Shown here one piece after another: positions 55,947 through 58,497 of a DNA stretch of 58,497 bases (position 1 is its first letter; the number at the start of each line of letters is the position of its first letter). Position numbers and translations under genes: made by a program. This DNA comes from Candidatus Dojkabacteria bacterium. Lineage in GTDB: Bacteria; Patescibacteriota; Dojkabacteria; J137. The stretch is taken from contig JANWZV010000001.1 in assembly GCA_025061805.1 (NCBI GenBank), positions 1 to 58,497 on the forward strand, written 5' to 3'. A model generated the notes under the pieces. That model worked only from the letters and a program-made list of their open reading frames with translations. It did not search any database and was not told the origin of the DNA.

Positions 55947-56750
55947 TCAGTTTTTGTTTAGTAAATGAAAGTCATTGAAAATTTTGATTTTATTTTCTTT
56001 ATTATTTAATATTGCAAATTTTTCGTTTATATTATCGATAGAATACGGTTGAAAATAATGATAGATTTCGAAAGGAAGAATAAATTCTTCTATAGGAATT
56101 TTTAAATTGTTGGATAGCAAAAATAAGGATAAAGAAAGAATCTTATCGAATCTTAACACATGATTGTTTTTGAATACATTATTGTCATTTATCATTTTTT
56201 TCTCGTTTGTTTCTTCATAAATAGTTTTTATGTTTTTCCAAAAATATTCTGAAATTTCATTTTTTTCCCAAAATAGTATAGTTCCATAAAAATAATGAAA
56301 ACCGTAAATCGACATATACAATTCTTCACTTCTAAAAAATTTTTTATTTTTGTTATTGAATATATTGTTATAACAAGCTTTTATATTTTGAAAACTTTTC
56401 AAGATTTTGTCTAAAAAATTGGAAAACACAAAATAATCACAATCTATAAGACATGTTTTATTAAAAGGAGTCAAATCATTGGAATATATTCTACATAAAT
56501 TAAACCACTTTTTGTTTTCTCTTAAATATTGTGCTTTTATTTTGTTTTGTTGTAACAAAACACAACTCGCGTTTTTTCTATTTCTTATGATTTTTGATAT
56601 TTCTTCATAATTTTCATCGTTAGTGACAATAACTAAAGGAGAATTTATGTAACATGTGTAATTTACGTAAAATTTCTTAAAAATGTTCAGATATTTTTTA
56701 CTGTTTACTTCGTCTATAACATATGTCATAAATCCATAATCTTTGTTCAT
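55947..56750 (-). CDS. Glycosyltransferase-like protein (GT-A / GT8-like)
   Basis: LTPFNKTCLIDCDY (DxD), C-terminal DFHLLNK; tandem paralog of 55010-55945. Confidence 0.68.
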   Translation of the reverse strand: MNKDYGFMTYVIDEVNSKKYLNIFKKFYVNYTCYINSPLVIVTNDENYEEISKIIRNRKNASCVLLQQNKIKAQYLRENKKWFNLCRIYSNDLTPFNKTCLIDCDYFVFSNFLDKILKSFQNIKACYNNIFNNKNKKFFRSEELYMSIYGFHYFYGTILFWEKNEISEYFWKNIKTIYEETNEKKMINDNNVFKNNHVLRFDKILSLSLFLLSNNLKIPIEEFILPFEIYHYFQPYSIDNINEKFAILNNKENKIKIFNDFHLLNKN

Positions 56751-56752
56751 TT

Positions 56753-57280
56753 TTATTTCGAATCTTCTTCTTTGTTGTTGTTTGAATCATCATTTTCGAA
56801 ATCATCGTTTTCATCGTCTTCTTGGGAAACATCTTCAATGATGTCTTTCAGATTTTCTTTGAGAGATTCCAACGTATCCACATACTTGGTATAATAATTG
56901 AAACAAATATTTTGATAGTATGTGTTGAAATACAACCAAAGATTCTTTGGATTTTTTACCAAAACTGGATTATCATAATGATCGAATATTATTATATTTT
57001 TATTCAATCTTTGTGAATATAAATAATTCAACAATTCGGTCGTCAGTAAGAATAATCTATTGTTCCATATTATGAATTTACTTTCTTCAAATTCTTTTTT
57101 CAATTCTTCTAGTGATTTTCTTTCATCGAAATATTTTCTTAATTTTAATGTATTTTTTATGTTTTCTCTTATGTTTAGGTCTATGTAAGAAAAAGTGCTA
57201 ATGGTCTCAATAGCGTTTTCTATATCGTTTTTCAATGATTTTTTTTTGTTTATCTTGTCTTCTTTATTCGTTTCAGTCAT
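56753..57280 (-). CDS. Hypothetical protein
   Basis: 175-aa ORF with late motif 7 nt upstream; acidic tail. Confidence 0.65.
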   Translation of the reverse strand: MTETNKEDKINKKKSLKNDIENAIETISTFSYIDLNIRENIKNTLKLRKYFDERKSLEELKKEFEESKFIIWNNRLFLLTTELLNYLYSQRLNKNIIIFDHYDNPVLVKNPKNLWLYFNTYYQNICFNYYTKYVDTLESLKENLKDIIEDVSQEDDENDDFENDDSNNNKEEDSK

Positions 57281-57298
57281 TTTGAAATATTTATTTTG

Positions 57299-58303
57299 TT
57301 AAAAATCGTAATTGTATTTCAGTGTTTCTCTGAATTCAGAAATTTTTTGACATTTTTTATCGTTTGTCATATCTAAAAAAGCCTGTTTTAGTGTTTCTAT
57401 GTTTATATTTGTGCATTCGTAATTCAAATTTTTCAAACAATCGTTATAATCATAACCATAAACCAAAAGATCATTGACACAAGATTTACAACCTTCGGGC
57501 AAAACAACCCATACATCGTCCCCAAAAATACCGTTTCTCCAAAATAGAGAATGAAAAATATTAGTATAAGTACAAATGCATAATATTTTTTTATCAGTAA
57601 GACCAGACAACTGTATTAATCCTCCTGTTACTCCGACGATATATTTACATTTTTGCATTATTGATAATGTTTCTTCGATTGTTATTTCTCCTACAAAACT
57701 TATTAAATTTTCATTTTTTATTTCCGGAATAACCTTTTTTGAAGAAAATTTTTCATTGATGTTTTTATGATCTTGGCTTTTTTCTCCTCCTACGAGAATT
57801 ACCGAATGTCCTAATTCGAAAAGAAAATTGATAAATTTTTTTAGTACGTCGCTGTTCCATTTTTTTGAATGAGAACGATAAGATACCGGAATTACAACAG
57901 AATTTTCCAAATTTATGTTTAAAGTTTTTTGTTTTATTTTATCCGATAAAACCTTGTTTTTCCATTTCCACAAACTTAAATACTTTTCTTCTATTATTTT
58001 TCCGAAAAAACTTAATGAACTGAAAATACTAAGATTTGTTCTAGGAACAAAATACTCATTTGGAAATATTTTTTTTATGGAAACCCATGGTGCCCAAGAA
58101 ACGAGTTCTTCGAATGGATGAATATACTTTTCGCTTATCCAATCCCTTATCAAAAAATCATATTGTGGAGGACAAGATACCCTGAAATTTTCTTCAAATA
58201 TATTTTCTATACCCCATTTTAAAACAGGCAAACTCATGATAGAATCACCTAATCCACCGTTTATCACGATATGAAAAAAATTTTTATATCCTAATAAATT
58301 CAT
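57299..58303 (-). CDS. GT9 (heptosyltransferase-like, GT-B) glycosyltransferase
   Basis: GGLGDSIMSLP, KKW, VILVGG, VGEITIEET..IM..C..IVG..GG..QLSG, C-terminal CxxC..C..C. Confidence 0.8.
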   Translation of the reverse strand: MNLLGYKNFFHIVINGGLGDSIMSLPVLKWGIENIFEENFRVSCPPQYDFLIRDWISEKYIHPFEELVSWAPWVSIKKIFPNEYFVPRTNLSIFSSLSFFGKIIEEKYLSLWKWKNKVLSDKIKQKTLNINLENSVVIPVSYRSHSKKWNSDVLKKFINFLFELGHSVILVGGEKSQDHKNINEKFSSKKVIPEIKNENLISFVGEITIEETLSIMQKCKYIVGVTGGLIQLSGLTDKKILCICTYTNIFHSLFWRNGIFGDDVWVVLPEGCKSCVNDLLVYGYDYNDCLKNLNYECTNINIETLKQAFLDMTNDKKCQKISEFRETLKYNYDF

Positions 58304-58304
58304 T

Positions 58305-58497
58305 TTACTTTTCCGTTATTTTAAATTTTTCGAAATTTTCTATTAATTTTTTATGAAAAATTTCAGTACAAGTGAATCCTTCTCTTTCATCTATGAATTT
58401 TTTCCTATAACATTGATCGAACTCCCAGTTGTCGATATAAAAATCAGTTAAACAAAATCTGCAACCCGAATTTAAGAAATTTCCTCTATATAACGGA
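58305..58497 (-). CDS. C-terminal end of a second GT9-like protein (truncated by window edge)
   Basis: Minus strand reads ..SGCRFCLTDFYIDNWEFDQC..FTCTEIF..ITEK*, similar to the Cys-rich tail of 57299-58303. Confidence 0.5.
   Translation of the reverse strand, partial: PLYRGNFLNSGCRFCLTDFYIDNWEFDQCYRKKFIDEREGFTCTEIFHKKLIENFEKFKITEK

Noticed and set aside
1..58497. Stop-codon reassignment as seen in some jumbo phages
   Set aside because: Conserved genes are full length in code 11 and end in TAA, TAG and TGA at the expected positions; no suppressor tRNA seen
1..58497. Diversity-generating retroelement, retron or group I/II intron
   Set aside because: No reverse transcriptase ORF or template/variable repeat pair; the interrupted genes are explained by intein motifs

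Overview
An AT-rich 58.5-kb segment of a large T4-related (jumbo-type) myophage genome, read in standard code 11. It encodes replication and recombination proteins (gp32 SSB, gp44/gp62 clamp loader, gp46/gp47, gp52 topoisomerase, resolvase, exonuclease), nucleotide metabolism (NrdA, ThyX, dNMP kinase, deaminase), a gp55-like late sigma factor, packaging and virion proteins (portal, large terminase, neck, tail fibres, a 4664-aa structural protein), many glycosyltransferase/radical-SAM genes, host-like genes (SufT, Hsp20 with a ROSE-like leader, Usg) and tRNA-Leu(CAA). The main highlight is that NrdA and TerL are each only C-terminal halves. Each starts with a long intein fragment lacking block A, i.e. 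two atypically split inteins whose partners lie outside the window, and the portal carries a third, HNH-containing intein. Other notable features: two decayed IS1595-derived MITE-like direct repeats next to gp44 and gp62, a candidate -1 frameshift (A AAA AAG TAA) opening 80 extra codons, a possible RuvC-less TnpB-like protein, a catalytically dead HtrA-like protein, and a recurrent TAAATA late promoter placed to give leaderless mRNAs. All calls come from reading motifs by eye; no searches were run.
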